Assembly (NCBI RefSeq): GCF_028710345.1
Contig: NZ_JAQTUH010000009.1
Span: forward strand, 12,580-76,579
DNA from: Sulfuricurvum sp.
GTDB lineage: Bacteria; Campylobacterota; Campylobacteria; Campylobacterales; Sulfurimonadaceae
Length of the DNA: 64,000 bases
Direction of reading: 5' to 3'
A program made the position numbers and the translations under genes. Positions within the stretch are counted from its first letter, which is position 1. The number at the start of each line of letters is the position of its first letter. Below, one piece after another: positions 38,301 through 49,900 of the stretch. The notes under the pieces are model-generated. The model did not search any database, was not told where the DNA came from, and worked only from the letters and a program-made list of their open reading frames with translations.

Positions 38301-38522
38301 ATGGAAGCGTTAAAACTTTATCCGCACGTTAAAACCGAAGCTGCCAAAGGGCGTACCTATGGCGAATGTGTTATGGATGAGATATTTAGCATTCAGATGA
38401 TCGATGGAGAGTTTCGTACTACGCTTCATATCAAAGAGAAACCAAAACGGCTTAGCCGTGAGGATGCGTTAATCTATTACACCCAAAAGCTTCGAAGTTT
38501 TTGGGCTAACTCCAAAAAATAG
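38301..38522 (+). CDS. Hypothetical protein
   Basis: 73 aa, co-oriented 14 nt after 38065..38286. Confidence 0.55.
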   Translation: MEALKLYPHVKTEAAKGRTYGECVMDEIFSIQMIDGEFRTTLHIKEKPKRLSREDALIYYTQKLRSFWANSKK

Positions 38523-38528
38523 TCAACC

Positions 38529-39068
38529 TTATTTAAAACGTTTGACGTATCCATGGCAATAGGGTGCTTTATGATGTTTAGCATAGTAGTCTTGATGATA
38601 TTCTTCGGCGGGATAAAAAGGTCCGGTTGGAACTATTTTCGTAGCAACATCGTACCCATAAGAGCGTAGCTGTTGAATGAGTGATAATGCGATACGGCGT
38701 TGGGTTTCATCACCGACAAAGATGGCTGAATGGTACCTCTCCCCAATATCGGGTCCTTGCCCGTCACGTTGTGTAGGATCATGAATCTCAAAAAACGCTT
38801 TGGTGAGGGTTTCATAGCTGATCAATGAAGGATCATAGGTAACCTCGACAGTTTCAAGATGTCCGGTACCTCCTTGAACAACTTCATAATAAGTGGGATT
38901 TTTGACTTTCCCACCCATAAAGCCTGAATGTACCTCTTTTACCCCTCTCAGTTTTTCGAGATAATACTCCACTCCCCAAAAACACCCACCTGCATAATAG
39001 GCCTTAGTAAGAGGAGAAGCATAAGTGAAGCTGACCAACCACACAACAATCCATAAAATTCTCATCAC
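38529..39068 (-). CDS. msrA: Peptide-methionine (S)-S-oxide reductase with signal peptide
   Basis: GGCFWG, GHLETV, HDPTQ and AEEYHQDYY motifs; hydrophobic N-terminus. Confidence 0.95.
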   Translation of the reverse strand: MMRILWIVVWLVSFTYASPLTKAYYAGGCFWGVEYYLEKLRGVKEVHSGFMGGKVKNPTYYEVVQGGTGHLETVEVTYDPSLISYETLTKAFFEIHDPTQRDGQGPDIGERYHSAIFVGDETQRRIALSLIQQLRSYGYDVATKIVPTGPFYPAEEYHQDYYAKHHKAPYCHGYVKRFK

Positions 39069-39205
39069 ATCTCCTCAATACCAAAAAAATAAATACCATT
39101 ATGCACATAAAACGGCAATAGTTATCTTTACATTTTATGAAGGTGAAAAACATAAGTTTTGATTTTAGCTACAATACAATTCATTTTAAAGAATGGGAGT
39201 AGATC

Positions 39206-39982
39206 ATGTCAGAGGTCGTTAATATCATCTCCTGGAACGTCAACGGTATTCGCGCTGTAGAGCAAAAGGGTGCATTTGATTGGCTTGAAACCCATCAGCC
39301 CGATATCCTCTGCCTCCAAGAGATCAAAGCCACTCCCGATCAGATCCCTGACAACCTCTTTCAAGATCGATACCACTATATGAGTGTCAACAGTGCCGCT
39401 AAAAAAGGGTATTCGGGAACCTTGATCGCTTCAGTGATAGAACCGACTAAAACTCATACCCGACCCGATATCGATATTCTGGATGAGGGGAGAATCGTCG
39501 AACACCATTATGGGGATATTGTCCTCTTTAACGTCTATTTCCCCAACGGTCAAAAAGATGAAGAGCGGCTCACCTATAAACTCAGTTTTTACGATAATTT
39601 TCTAGATCATTGTCAGAAACTCCGCTCCGAGGGGAAAAAGATTATCATCTGCGGAGACGTCAACACCGCCCACCGTGAAATCGATCTCAAAAACCCTAAA
39701 TCGAATGAAAAAACATCAGGATTCTTGCCCATCGAGCGAGAATGGATCGATAAGCTCATCGAGTGTGGATACATCGATACGTTTCGTCAAATTCACGGAG
39801 ATAAAAAAGATCAGTACAGCTGGTGGTCATACCGCTTTAGCGCCCGAGCTAAAAACGTCGGATGGCGGATCGATTATTTCTTTATCTCTGATGATCTGAT
39901 CGATGCGCTTGAAGATGCGTTTATCCTTCAGGAGATTGAGGGTTCGGATCATTGTCCGGTGGGGATCAGGATAAGGGTGTGA
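39206..39982 (+). CDS. xth: Exodeoxyribonuclease III
   Basis: SWNVNGIRA, LQEIK, GDVNTAH, GWRIDY and GSDHCP motifs. Confidence 0.95.
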   Translation: MSEVVNIISWNVNGIRAVEQKGAFDWLETHQPDILCLQEIKATPDQIPDNLFQDRYHYMSVNSAAKKGYSGTLIASVIEPTKTHTRPDIDILDEGRIVEHHYGDIVLFNVYFPNGQKDEERLTYKLSFYDNFLDHCQKLRSEGKKIIICGDVNTAHREIDLKNPKSNEKTSGFLPIEREWIDKLIECGYIDTFRQIHGDKKDQYSWWSYRFSARAKNVGWRIDYFFISDDLIDALEDAFILQEIEGSDHCPVGIRIRV

Positions 39983-39987
39983 ACAGG

Positions 39988-41271
39988 CTAATTGTTTGTT
40001 AAAAGCCATTTCCAAAGTGGTATAAACATCACGACTTTCTCACCGATATTCATGGAGCCTTCACGCTCTTTGGTAATGAGAATACTTTTGTTCACACCGA
40101 TAAACTCCATCCCCTCAGAGAGCGAGTTGATCTCACGCTCAAAGGTGTCGGGATTGCTGATATCCACACTCACATTGATGAGTTGTTTAACGCCGTCTAT
40201 GACACAGTAAAAATCGATCTCCTGACGCTCTTTCACGTAATAGACTTCATTTGTTTTAGAACGAAGTGCCAAGAATACTAGATTTTCATAGAGCTTGGAA
40301 TAATCGGGTGAAAAAGATGCATCATAGACGGCACGAAGACCGTTATCGATCGCATAGATTTTTTTCGGATTGCGTTGCTCTTCGCGTACCGAACTTCTAA
40401 AAATCGGAACACTAAAGATGGCATACGCCTCTTCCAAATAGCCGAAATAATCAAATAGTGTCTCTTTGCCCAGTTTAAAGCCATTGGATTTAAAATCATT
40501 GTAGAGCTTGGTAATACTTACCGAGGTCGCCATATTGACGAAAGCGTATTTTATGAGATGTTTCAGCAGAGCGGTATTGGTAATTCCGTAGCGTTCAATA
40601 AGGTCTTTGTAAACGATCAGATTGACATAATCGCTGAGAATCCTTTTTTGGATCGTTGTATCTTGATCAATCGTTTCGGGAAAGCCTCCGCAGAGTAGAT
40701 ACTCCTCGAAATGGTGTTTGATAAAGCTGAGCGATTTGGAAGAGTCGAGATTGATCGTGATGTTTTTAAAACGGAGATACTCTTTAAACGAAAACGGGAA
40801 TATCTCATAGGTAAGCGTTCTACCGCGCAGGGATGTGGCTATTTCACTGCTGAGAAGTTTGGAAGAGGATCCGGTTATGATGATTTGAACATTCAACGTA
40901 TCGTAAATACGACGGATAAAAGATTCCCACTGAGGGATGTTTTGCACTTCATCGACAAAGAGATAGATTTTTTCATCCCTTTTCTGGGGATAAAGCTCGT
41001 AATATCCTTCAACAAGATCGTCTAAATCACCAATCGTGGTGCCAAGTAACCGATCATCTTCAAAATTTACATAGACGATATTCTTAGAATCCACGCTTGC
41101 ACGGAGCTCTTCGATCATCTTATAAAGAATCGAGGTTTTTCCACAGCGGCGTACCCCTATGAGGGTAATGATTTTATCGCTGAATAGGGGGATATCAATA
41201 TCACGTTTGATGGTTTGGCGTAGAGGGCGCTCTTGAAAATCGGTGATAATGCGGCGAAATACATCTCTCAT
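39988..41271 (-). CDS. AAA_14-family ATPase with DUF4143-like C-terminal domain
   Basis: GVRRCGKT, FVDEVQ, TGSSS, GGFPE, KKIYAIDNG and QEIDF motifs. Confidence 0.9.
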   Translation of the reverse strand: MRDVFRRIITDFQERPLRQTIKRDIDIPLFSDKIITLIGVRRCGKTSILYKMIEELRASVDSKNIVYVNFEDDRLLGTTIGDLDDLVEGYYELYPQKRDEKIYLFVDEVQNIPQWESFIRRIYDTLNVQIIITGSSSKLLSSEIATSLRGRTLTYEIFPFSFKEYLRFKNITINLDSSKSLSFIKHHFEEYLLCGGFPETIDQDTTIQKRILSDYVNLIVYKDLIERYGITNTALLKHLIKYAFVNMATSVSITKLYNDFKSNGFKLGKETLFDYFGYLEEAYAIFSVPIFRSSVREEQRNPKKIYAIDNGLRAVYDASFSPDYSKLYENLVFLALRSKTNEVYYVKERQEIDFYCVIDGVKQLINVSVDISNPDTFEREINSLSEGMEFIGVNKSILITKEREGSMNIGEKVVMFIPLWKWLLTNN

Positions 41272-41368
41272 ATTTTATCCTTTAGTATAAAACCTATTTT
41301 ATATAGTTTTGTACTTATTGTCAAGTATAAAAATTGATTTCTACAAAATTATTAAAAACTTGGTATTT

Positions 41369-41581
41369 TCATTTTTTAGTTGAAGTGAGGATATTTCTAG
41401 AGATATAGAGGTTTCGGAAAGCGGCATTGAGTTTGAGGGCAAACACCTGTGTCCGTTTTTGGAGACGACGAAATGCCGGAGAGGAGAGAATCCGTCCACG
41501 GTCGCTTTCGATGGAATATTCCAGATCGTTAAAGGGGTAAAGTTGACGGTGAAGTGTGAGTTTGGTACGGTAATCGATCAT
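41369..41581 (-). pseudogene. dgt: dGTP triphosphohydrolase (Dgt) N-terminal fragment
   Basis: SDRGRILSSPAFRRLQKRTQVFAL..NAA, then the frame diverges before the RLTHSLEV motif. Confidence 0.85.
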
Positions 41582-44268
41582 AATGTAATAACCTCTCTGA
41601 GTTTTTTGCGTAATTTGGTCTCTTCTTCACTGCCATCAGTTGAAAATCGTATGATAGGGATACTGTATTTGTCTAAAATACGATCTTTTAAAGCATCTCT
41701 TTCTAATTGCACAGGATTATTCGTGTGAAATGCAAAACCATCCACCTCAATTGCTAAAACCGGTTGCTTGCTGATTTTATTGTGGATAAGAAAGTCTATA
41801 TGTGATGATGCTTTGACAAATGCCAATTCGTCTGCGTTTAGGATACTTGTATCTTTGATGAGCTTATTTAGTGGATAGTTTATATTATAAGCCAGATTTG
41901 AATATTGCTCAAGATCGAGCACTTTTTCAATGATAACATTCATTAAATTTTCAGATTGATAATTTGAAACTTTTTTAATTTTACCCAGGAATCTTTTTAA
42001 ATAGGGGGCATAGTCTTGATATAACAAGTCAAAAATGGAATAAATTTTACTGTCAGCAATTTCGAAGTTGTTATATCGAATATAGTTCACCAAATCTTTC
42101 ATATTTTTATTTTTTTCACGATCGGATACCACAATATAAAGTTGTTCTTTTGCCCTTGACACAGCGACATTAAGTAAGTTTGGATCATCTGCAAACTCAT
42201 TTTCCTCATCTACGACGGTTGTAATGATTATGATGTCTTTTTCTCGACCTTGGTATTTATGTACTGTATCGATTTCAATGCTTAACTCTTGGGTGATTTC
42301 ACTTGATAACTTATTTACTTGATCTCGAAAAGGTGAAATCACTCCTAAACTTTTTGTGCTTAAACGCGGCAAAATTTCATTTTTAATTACATCAATTTGG
42401 CGCTGATTTGACTTACCTCTTGCATGATTACCCTCTGCGGTATTCACCAAAATCAAGGGTGCTCCAGCATCTCCTTCTTTTGATAAGATAACCAATTCAT
42501 CATGGTAAAATTTTTTATTACAAAAATCAATAATCTTAGGATGACATCTGTAGTGCTCTTTTAGTAATGTCTTAGGTGCATCGTCAAAGACTTTCAGTGC
42601 AGAAGCAAGTAGACTGTTTTTATAATGATATGATGTGGCTAACGCATAATCTTTAAAGGTATCATCAACGACATTTTCAATATCTTTACCAACAATATGT
42701 GGTAGTTGTTTTAGATCACCTACGATTACAACATTTTTTGCACAAGATAATGCAAGACCGCCGGCAATAACATCTACTTGAGATGCCTCATCAATAATCA
42801 AGTAATCGTATAAAAAGTTCTCTTGTGTGCAGTTTCGCAATGAATGTGTTGTGCTTAAAACAACGGGGTATTCTCTTGTGAAGTCTTCGAAATTTTTCCA
42901 CAAAGCATCTTTCTCAAATTGTTGCTTTTTTTCAGTCAGGTTGTATTTTTTTGATAAATGTAGTTCCAACAATGCCATTGAATCAGTTGTATATGCTTTT
43001 AGTATCGTCTCGAAATTTTCATCTTTCAAAAGATTTTTCAGAGTAAAAATAGTTTCTATCAGTTTTTTTTCTTTAATTTCATAAAAGCATTTTTGCAGGA
43101 CAAGAATAATCTCGTCCAACGGGTATTGGTATAGGCTAAAAGAGAAAATCTTATATTTGAAAAGCGCTTTTATTTTAAAGAAAAAAGTTATTTTTTTATC
43201 ATGTAACACCAAAGACTCAAGCTCAGCCCAAAGTGATAGTGTATTGTCTAAACTTTGTTTGGAAAAAAAATCTTCATGACTACCTATATCTATTGCTCTA
43301 GCAGCAAACATATTCATGAAATGTCTTTTCTCGATTTTTAATGCTTCTAATTCTTGTGATGCTTTTGCCAAATCGTTGTTAGCTTGTAGCATCTCTTTAA
43401 GATGAACAATATTTTTCTCTAATGAATCACGATTATTGAGAAAATCATTATCTGGCATATTACAAACTTGAGGATATGTTTCTTGTTGATTGGCAAAAAA
43501 TTCTTCTTGGTTTTTCTTATTTCCCAACATCGCCGCAAAGAAAGATAGATTGAGTGCATCGAGTTTATCGTACACATTTTCAATTGCAGCATTGTTATTT
43601 GAAACTACGGCAACCGTATTGTCATTCACTAATAGATTCGCGATGATGTTTAAGATGGTTTGTGTTTTTCCAGTACCAGGAGGACCCTCGATAATACTTA
43701 CTTGGTGTGTCAGCGCATTTGCAACGGCAACTTCTTGACTCAAATTTAACCCAAAAGGAAAAATCATTATTTTTGGCTTCTGATATTTTTTGATCACGTC
43801 AGGGTTTAGGTATTTTGCAAGCACACTCTCTTCACTTAGATACGACATCTTTTCGTACTGTTTATCTAAGAAGTCATTTTCTTCGCTTTTTAAGCTCTTA
43901 GCCAAAGCTTTTAGATAATCAAACGTATTTTTGGCATTTTTTTGAATGAGTACATTATGTTCAATCCGTAAATCATCTTTACTGTACGCGGATATTTTTC
44001 CATTACCATAAAATATTTTTAGGTAACTTTCAAAGTCTAAAATTTTTGTGATATTAAATAAGCATTTATCCCGTAAATAGATATGGCAAGAATTAGGATC
44101 AATAACTTCCGGATATTCGTAGATTAAAACCTTTGTTTTGCTATATGTATAGAACTTGTCATTTGAGCTAAATTGAATTTTTATATTTGTCTGAGAATCA
44201 TCAATGGTTACTATATCTGATGTTTTATTTTTACCATCAAGCAAAATTAAATATTTGTTTTCATCCAT
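41578..44268 (-). CDS. SF1 (AAA_11/AAA_12) helicase with C-terminal DUF2726/PD-(D/E)xK nuclease-like domain
   Basis: GPPGTGKT, DEASQ, GDLKQL, QGREKD, NVAVSRA, and HIDFLI...AIEVDG. Confidence 0.9.
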   Translation of the reverse strand: MDENKYLILLDGKNKTSDIVTIDDSQTNIKIQFSSNDKFYTYSKTKVLIYEYPEVIDPNSCHIYLRDKCLFNITKILDFESYLKIFYGNGKISAYSKDDLRIEHNVLIQKNAKNTFDYLKALAKSLKSEENDFLDKQYEKMSYLSEESVLAKYLNPDVIKKYQKPKIMIFPFGLNLSQEVAVANALTHQVSIIEGPPGTGKTQTILNIIANLLVNDNTVAVVSNNNAAIENVYDKLDALNLSFFAAMLGNKKNQEEFFANQQETYPQVCNMPDNDFLNNRDSLEKNIVHLKEMLQANNDLAKASQELEALKIEKRHFMNMFAARAIDIGSHEDFFSKQSLDNTLSLWAELESLVLHDKKITFFFKIKALFKYKIFSFSLYQYPLDEIILVLQKCFYEIKEKKLIETIFTLKNLLKDENFETILKAYTTDSMALLELHLSKKYNLTEKKQQFEKDALWKNFEDFTREYPVVLSTTHSLRNCTQENFLYDYLIIDEASQVDVIAGGLALSCAKNVVIVGDLKQLPHIVGKDIENVVDDTFKDYALATSYHYKNSLLASALKVFDDAPKTLLKEHYRCHPKIIDFCNKKFYHDELVILSKEGDAGAPLILVNTAEGNHARGKSNQRQIDVIKNEILPRLSTKSLGVISPFRDQVNKLSSEITQELSIEIDTVHKYQGREKDIIIITTVVDEENEFADDPNLLNVAVSRAKEQLYIVVSDREKNKNMKDLVNYIRYNNFEIADSKIYSIFDLLYQDYAPYLKRFLGKIKKVSNYQSENLMNVIIEKVLDLEQYSNLAYNINYPLNKLIKDTSILNADELAFVKASSHIDFLIHNKISKQPVLAIEVDGFAFHTNNPVQLERDALKDRILDKYSIPIIRFSTDGSEEETKLRKKLREVITL

Positions 44269-44513
44269 AAAAATTTTATATTTCCTTTTATTTTTCTATT
44301 GCAATTGTATTGAGGCAATAGTAAGTGTGGTGGGCAGATGTTAGCTTCATTACAATGTTTCATATTTCTAACCGCACGAGTTCAAAGCCTAATGGCCTTT
44401 AACTTTATCAATGGCTCTGAATCTCCTTGGGTAATGCTATCACAAGTAATGGAGAATAGTATACGAATCAAATGCTCATTCCATATAGACTCTTTTATCT
44501 TGTTCGAACGTGT

Positions 44514-45374
44514 TTATTGAAACCCTCCATTACAATACCAAGCACTAGCTGCTAGCGCCTGGTACAATGCTGTTTGCCACGAATTAACATGCTGGCTAAG
44601 ATGGTTTTCCGCCTGCATTGTTAAGTGTTGTCTAATACTTGTTTGTCCATATGATTGTAGATATTTAGTTAATAAACCACTAATATTTGCAAGCTCACTA
44701 CTTGCTTCAATCTTATACCTAGCAGCAAGATTAAAGTGTATGAAATGTGCTTGAACTCTATTTTTAGAAATATTATCCCAATGATCTGGCGGATTTATAA
44801 AAAAGCGAACAGTGATAGGTGAACTCTGTTCGATATCAGCATAAAGCCATTGATCAGTAATAAAATGTTGATGATCAAAATAAGGGTGTAAATCTTGTTT
44901 GTCGATTGCAGATGTTACAGTAGCATTTTTGCCTTCATTACAATCTTTGCATGCTGGTACTAGATTCAATGGTAAAACGGAAAATTGTGGAAAGGGGCTT
45001 TTGGGAAGAAAATGATCTAATGTAGATACATGACCAATACCACAATATGGACAACGGCTTAAATGGACTTTTGATAATAATAAATCATAATATTTTCTTG
45101 CAGGTTTCTTTTCAGGTACGAAATGATTAGTATAAACATCTTTGAGTTCTTTTTTGGTCACAAAGCCTAATACGGGGTCACTATTTTGACAGGTATTGGG
45201 TGCAAGAGTAAACAGTTGAATAGTATCGGCTTTTTGTTCATAATCTGTTGCTGCAATCATGAGATCGGGTGTGATTAAATTAAGGCGGATACGTAATTCT
45301 GAATCTGAAATACTATTAATGCAGGTTTCATATACAGTTTGAGGAACTAAATTAGGCTTCTCTATAGCTCTCAT
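44514..45374 (-). CDS. HNH endonuclease (Septu PtuB-like)
   Basis: CPYCG..TLDHFLPKS...NLVPACKDCN; ATGA overlap with the ATPase. Confidence 0.85.
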   Translation of the reverse strand: MRAIEKPNLVPQTVYETCINSISDSELRIRLNLITPDLMIAATDYEQKADTIQLFTLAPNTCQNSDPVLGFVTKKELKDVYTNHFVPEKKPARKYYDLLLSKVHLSRCPYCGIGHVSTLDHFLPKSPFPQFSVLPLNLVPACKDCNEGKNATVTSAIDKQDLHPYFDHQHFITDQWLYADIEQSSPITVRFFINPPDHWDNISKNRVQAHFIHFNLAARYKIEASSELANISGLLTKYLQSYGQTSIRQHLTMQAENHLSQHVNSWQTALYQALAASAWYCNGGFQ

Positions 45375-46957
45375 TCACCACTACCTATAGTTTCATCTCT
45401 AGTGATAATCATAGAACGCAGTAGCATTTTCCCTTCAAAACCAAGTTGATTATGGTACTCCGCTGATATTTCATCATAGTTTCTTCCCTCATTTACCGCA
45501 CGTTTTAATAAATCATGAAATCCTGATTTAGTGACTTCTAGACCAAAAACTTCGCGAGTTAAAATACCGACATTTTCACCAAATGTTTCTCCTTCGGGTC
45601 TATCTACACGTCCAAAGAGTCGAGTCCTCTGAAGAATAGAAACACATGTCTTTGGTACTTCTTGCAATACCACAGGCGAATGTGTGGCGATGATAGCGAC
45701 GCCATTACGATTTGTTAATAAATCTGACAATGCACGGGCAAAAGCTGATAGCAAAGGAGGATGAAGATGGCTTTCTGGTTCATCGAGGAGAACAAGTGTT
45801 TTTTCTTCAACTGTCTCTACCAATTTTGTTATTGTCAGAAGGACAATGGCATGTCCTGAACTCATACGTTTGTAATATGAATACGCTGTGGCTGAATACG
45901 TACGCTTGTCATCTGATAAATCTCTATCGTATACTTCGATGAGCTGATTCAAGTCCATTTCTGCAAAATTTGTATCTGATTCTAGTTTTGTGATAGCTTT
46001 TATCCAACGTTCTCGTTTCGCAGTTAATGCAAAACATATTTTTGAACTTTTGAAGAAGTCGTTACACAAATCATCCTTATCTTTTAATCCCCGCTTATGT
46101 TCTTCTATCTCACTAAGACGTTTTTTTAATCCAATGTAGTGATATCGTAAGCCTAAGCTTGAATTTGTTTGGTCTTCTGGTGGTTCAAAAGGATCAAATG
46201 CGCTGAAAGAGATAGAAACAATACCTGAAAAATAGTTTTGTGCCAGTGTGATGTTCATATCAAAGACTGTACTTGTAGCAAAACGCCCAGCCACTCCTTC
46301 AGGGTTTCTATTAGGTAGAAGTGCATTAACCATATTATTTAGTATTGTGGTTTTCCCTACACCATTACGACCAATCAAAATATGGATGTTAGAAGGAGGC
46401 TTAGAATTTGGTACGACTTGAAAATCGATTTTTATACCAGAATAGAGCGAATCAGCAATTTTTTCATAAAAGAAATTGTAATCAGTGAGTGCTGCCTCAT
46501 GACGTAAAATCCTTGTAAATTGATACTCGATTGAAGATGGATTCACTGTTCTAAGTAACGACGTGCGAAATACACTTTGGTTTTCAATGGATTGCAAAAG
46601 ATCTGGATTATGTACAACATCACCAAGAGAGGTCAATATATTAGATGTAACTTCTGGAGAAAGATTTTCTACAATGTTCTTGTAATAATCTGCATCTTGT
46701 CCAAGCGAAAAAAAAGTGTTCGGTAAAGTAGAGAACTGTTCTGCCATGCTTTCTGAGGTCCATCCGCCTATCTGACCATTGAACCCAATTTTGACGCTAC
46801 CTAATTCATGTTTGGTTCCTCGTTCATCAAAGATAATGAGCTTGAATAGAGTTTTAAATGAGTAATCGTCCCAAGTATCAGATAGTAAATATGCAGCATT
46901 ACTGGCTTGGGCAGGAATGTATCCATTTATTGATATTTTATAGAAAATAAGTGCCAT
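45371..46957 (-). CDS. ABC-type ATPase (Septu PtuA-like)
   Basis: GRNGVGKT, MSSGH, LLDEPESHLHP and ATHSP motifs; likely ATG at 46957. Confidence 0.85.
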   Translation of the reverse strand: MALIFYKISINGYIPAQASNAAYLLSDTWDDYSFKTLFKLIIFDERGTKHELGSVKIGFNGQIGGWTSESMAEQFSTLPNTFFSLGQDADYYKNIVENLSPEVTSNILTSLGDVVHNPDLLQSIENQSVFRTSLLRTVNPSSIEYQFTRILRHEAALTDYNFFYEKIADSLYSGIKIDFQVVPNSKPPSNIHILIGRNGVGKTTILNNMVNALLPNRNPEGVAGRFATSTVFDMNITLAQNYFSGIVSISFSAFDPFEPPEDQTNSSLGLRYHYIGLKKRLSEIEEHKRGLKDKDDLCNDFFKSSKICFALTAKRERWIKAITKLESDTNFAEMDLNQLIEVYDRDLSDDKRTYSATAYSYYKRMSSGHAIVLLTITKLVETVEEKTLVLLDEPESHLHPPLLSAFARALSDLLTNRNGVAIIATHSPVVLQEVPKTCVSILQRTRLFGRVDRPEGETFGENVGILTREVFGLEVTKSGFHDLLKRAVNEGRNYDEISAEYHNQLGFEGKMLLRSMIITRDETIGSGE

Positions 46958-46958
46958 T

Positions 46959-49900
46959 TTAAGACTCTCCACCTTCTGATATAGCTTGTTTACTTCGCTG
47001 CTGTTCCAATAAAGACTCTAATTGCATATGAACTTTTTTCAGCGCTCCCTCGCTATCTTGCCACCAATCTGTTGACCAAATACGGACAATATTCCACCCA
47101 AGCCCTTTTAAAACATGCTCACGTAATTTATCACGATCTTTTGCTGTAGCGGAGCGATGATATGTAGCACCATCACATTCTACGCCAGCTAAATATCGCC
47201 CAGGAGAGTCTGGATCAACAATACCTAAATCAATCCGAAATGAGGATACACCTATTTGAGGATGAACCTCCCAGCCTTTACGTTTTAGAGCATTTGCTAT
47301 TGCTTCTTCAAAGGGACTTTCATATTCACCTATTGAGCCTAATACTGCTTCAGCTAATGCACGAGAGCCACGTTCAGCAAATTCTAAAAAGTGTTTGAGA
47401 TCACGTACTCCACTTGATTGTGTTCTTGATAAGTCAATTTGATCAGGACGTAAACTGGAGAAAACGCGCAATTCATGTCTTGCACGTGTTATTGCCACAT
47501 TTAAACGACGTTCACCTCCGCTTTTGTTCATGGGGCCAAAGTTCATTGAAATTTTTCCAGCGAGGTCGGGACCATAACCAATAGAAAAATACATAATATC
47601 TCGTTCATCACCTTGTACGCTTTCAAGGTTTTTAACAAATACAGGCTCTAATGCATCTTCTGAAAAGTATGGCTCAATATCTGGATTTTTTCGGCGTGCA
47701 TCATCAAGCAAATCCTCAATTAAACGTTGTTGTTCAGAATTGAATGTAACAACCCCTATCGTGAGTTTGGAAGCTTGAAATGCTTTATCGCTCAGTTTAG
47801 TTACCAGTTCTTCAACAAGTGCACGTGCTTCAGGCTTATTAGTTCGACTACTGCCTTTTTCATAAACCCCATTTTTTATCAAATGGAAACTGACTGCCCG
47901 ATCGTCGGTAACGGGTGATGGGAACGTTACCAGTCCACCTCCGTAATAGTGATGGTTGGAAAAGGCAATTAAGCTTTCATGCCGGCTTCTGTAATGCCAG
48001 GAGAGATTTAGCGTAGGTAAATTTGCTCCTATACATTCGTCCAAGATACTTTCTAAATCGACTTCAACGTCTTCATTTACATCTTCTTCGTCTGCGGCTG
48101 AGGCTCGGTTAAAAAATGAAGTAGGTGGCAGCTGTTTAGGGTCTCCCACCATTACTACCTGTTTACCGCGCGCAATTGCTCCGATTGCATCCCAAACGGG
48201 AATTTGTGACGCTTCATCAAAAATGACTACATCAAATAACGCGATATCCGTTGATAAATACTGAGCAATCGAAAGAGGGCTCATTAATAGACAAGGCGTT
48301 AATTTTGTAATAGTGTTTGGCATCAAGCTAATGAGTTCACGTAAAGGTTTATGCGCACGCTTTTTTTGCATTTCGCGTTTAAGAATGCCCCATTCTGAAC
48401 TTTTTTTGACCTCTTCTTGATCGGGTAAATCTTCACACAGTGTTGCATAAATATAATTTCGAGTCAGCTGAGTAAATTTATCATCTAAGACTCTGAAATC
48501 CGCAATACGTTTTTCATGTTCAGTAGAGACAAATGTACGTAATACATCATCTCCATCAACTGTAGTGTTTAGCCACCAACGACAGTAGTCCGTTTCAAAT
48601 GCATTACGTACTTCTCCTAATTTGACTTCACCGAGCTCAATTCCCAAAACAAGCGGCTTCAAGCCAAGCCCTATTGCTTCATTAGAAGCTTTATTCCATG
48701 CACACCATGCATGTAGCTTTGGTTCCATAGGGGGTATAGCGGCACAGTATTTAGCAAGTTCAGCAGGAGTGTCTCCAACCTTATCCATTAACTCTATTGA
48801 ACCAATACCTGCCTTGGAGATAAATAACTCAAAAGCATCATTGAACTCATTCAATGACTGCACATAGTGATTACCGGCGCCAGTGATAGAACCGGCTTCT
48901 TCAAGTAGAGCATTTCCATCACCCAGGAGTTTTTCCAATGATGCCTTTATGAGAATAAGTGAATCGGCATCTTTTGCGAGTGCGGCCATAGCAGAAGAGA
49001 TATTTTTATAAAAAAGCTGTCCGTTTTCAGCTTCATTCAACCTTGTTTTTAACCCTGCCCATAAACCAGACGTCTTACCCACTAAATCATTCAGTTCATT
49101 TATATCTGCTTCTAGTTTTCGAAGTTCTTGGATTTTTGGCAAATCTGTAGCTACATCAGGTTTATGTTTGCCTTGAATATGATTGGCCAGCTCTTTATAA
49201 ACTTTACGACGTCCAAGCCAGCTCATAGGCCAAAACGTTTGTTCTGCTTTCTGCCACTGCTCACTTAAATGCTCTACCATGACATTAGTAACTTCATCTC
49301 GATAAGGGACAGACAATTGTTGAAAAGTAGACTTGTGCTGTTGGATAAATTGAACGCCTCGATCTAAATCATCCATGATACGTCGCGCGTCCGGACGCAG
49401 TACAAATCGAAAATCATTACCAGCAGCTAAAGGCAGTGCTTTTGTAAGCAACAATAGAGCTTCTCGCACACGTGTTTCAAGATTAAATATAGGCAATCCA
49501 AGCGCTTGTGCATAAGCTTCGGCAGAGAGTTCAAACTTCTTAATCTTAGGAACTATATGAGTACTGGATTGAAGCATTGTTTCTTGCCAGTTCGGTGACC
49601 ATTCATCATGTTTAATGATCGATAATGGACTATTAGAAATATCACCAACTTCACGGGCATTTAAATCAAGTCGATCAGCCAAATTCAGTAGTTTTTCTAA
49701 CGTATCCACGTCGTGAACATCTCCGGCTGACCATTGTAAGCCTAATCTAGGAAAATGTTGGCCAGATAAAATTTGCCCTATAGCTTTGTAAGCTGTTAGT
49801 CCGTTGTGGCGTTTCTTGTGGAGTTGATTTACAAAATCATTGAGTTGGTTTCGTAAAGTTTGCAGTTTTTGCGCTTCTCTGTGCCATTCATCCGCCTCTA

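Noticed and set aside
44269-44513. Integron attC site or retron msr-msd near ptuAB
   Set aside because: GTTAG/CTAAC occur in the wrong order with no extended pairing; no integrase or RT nearby.
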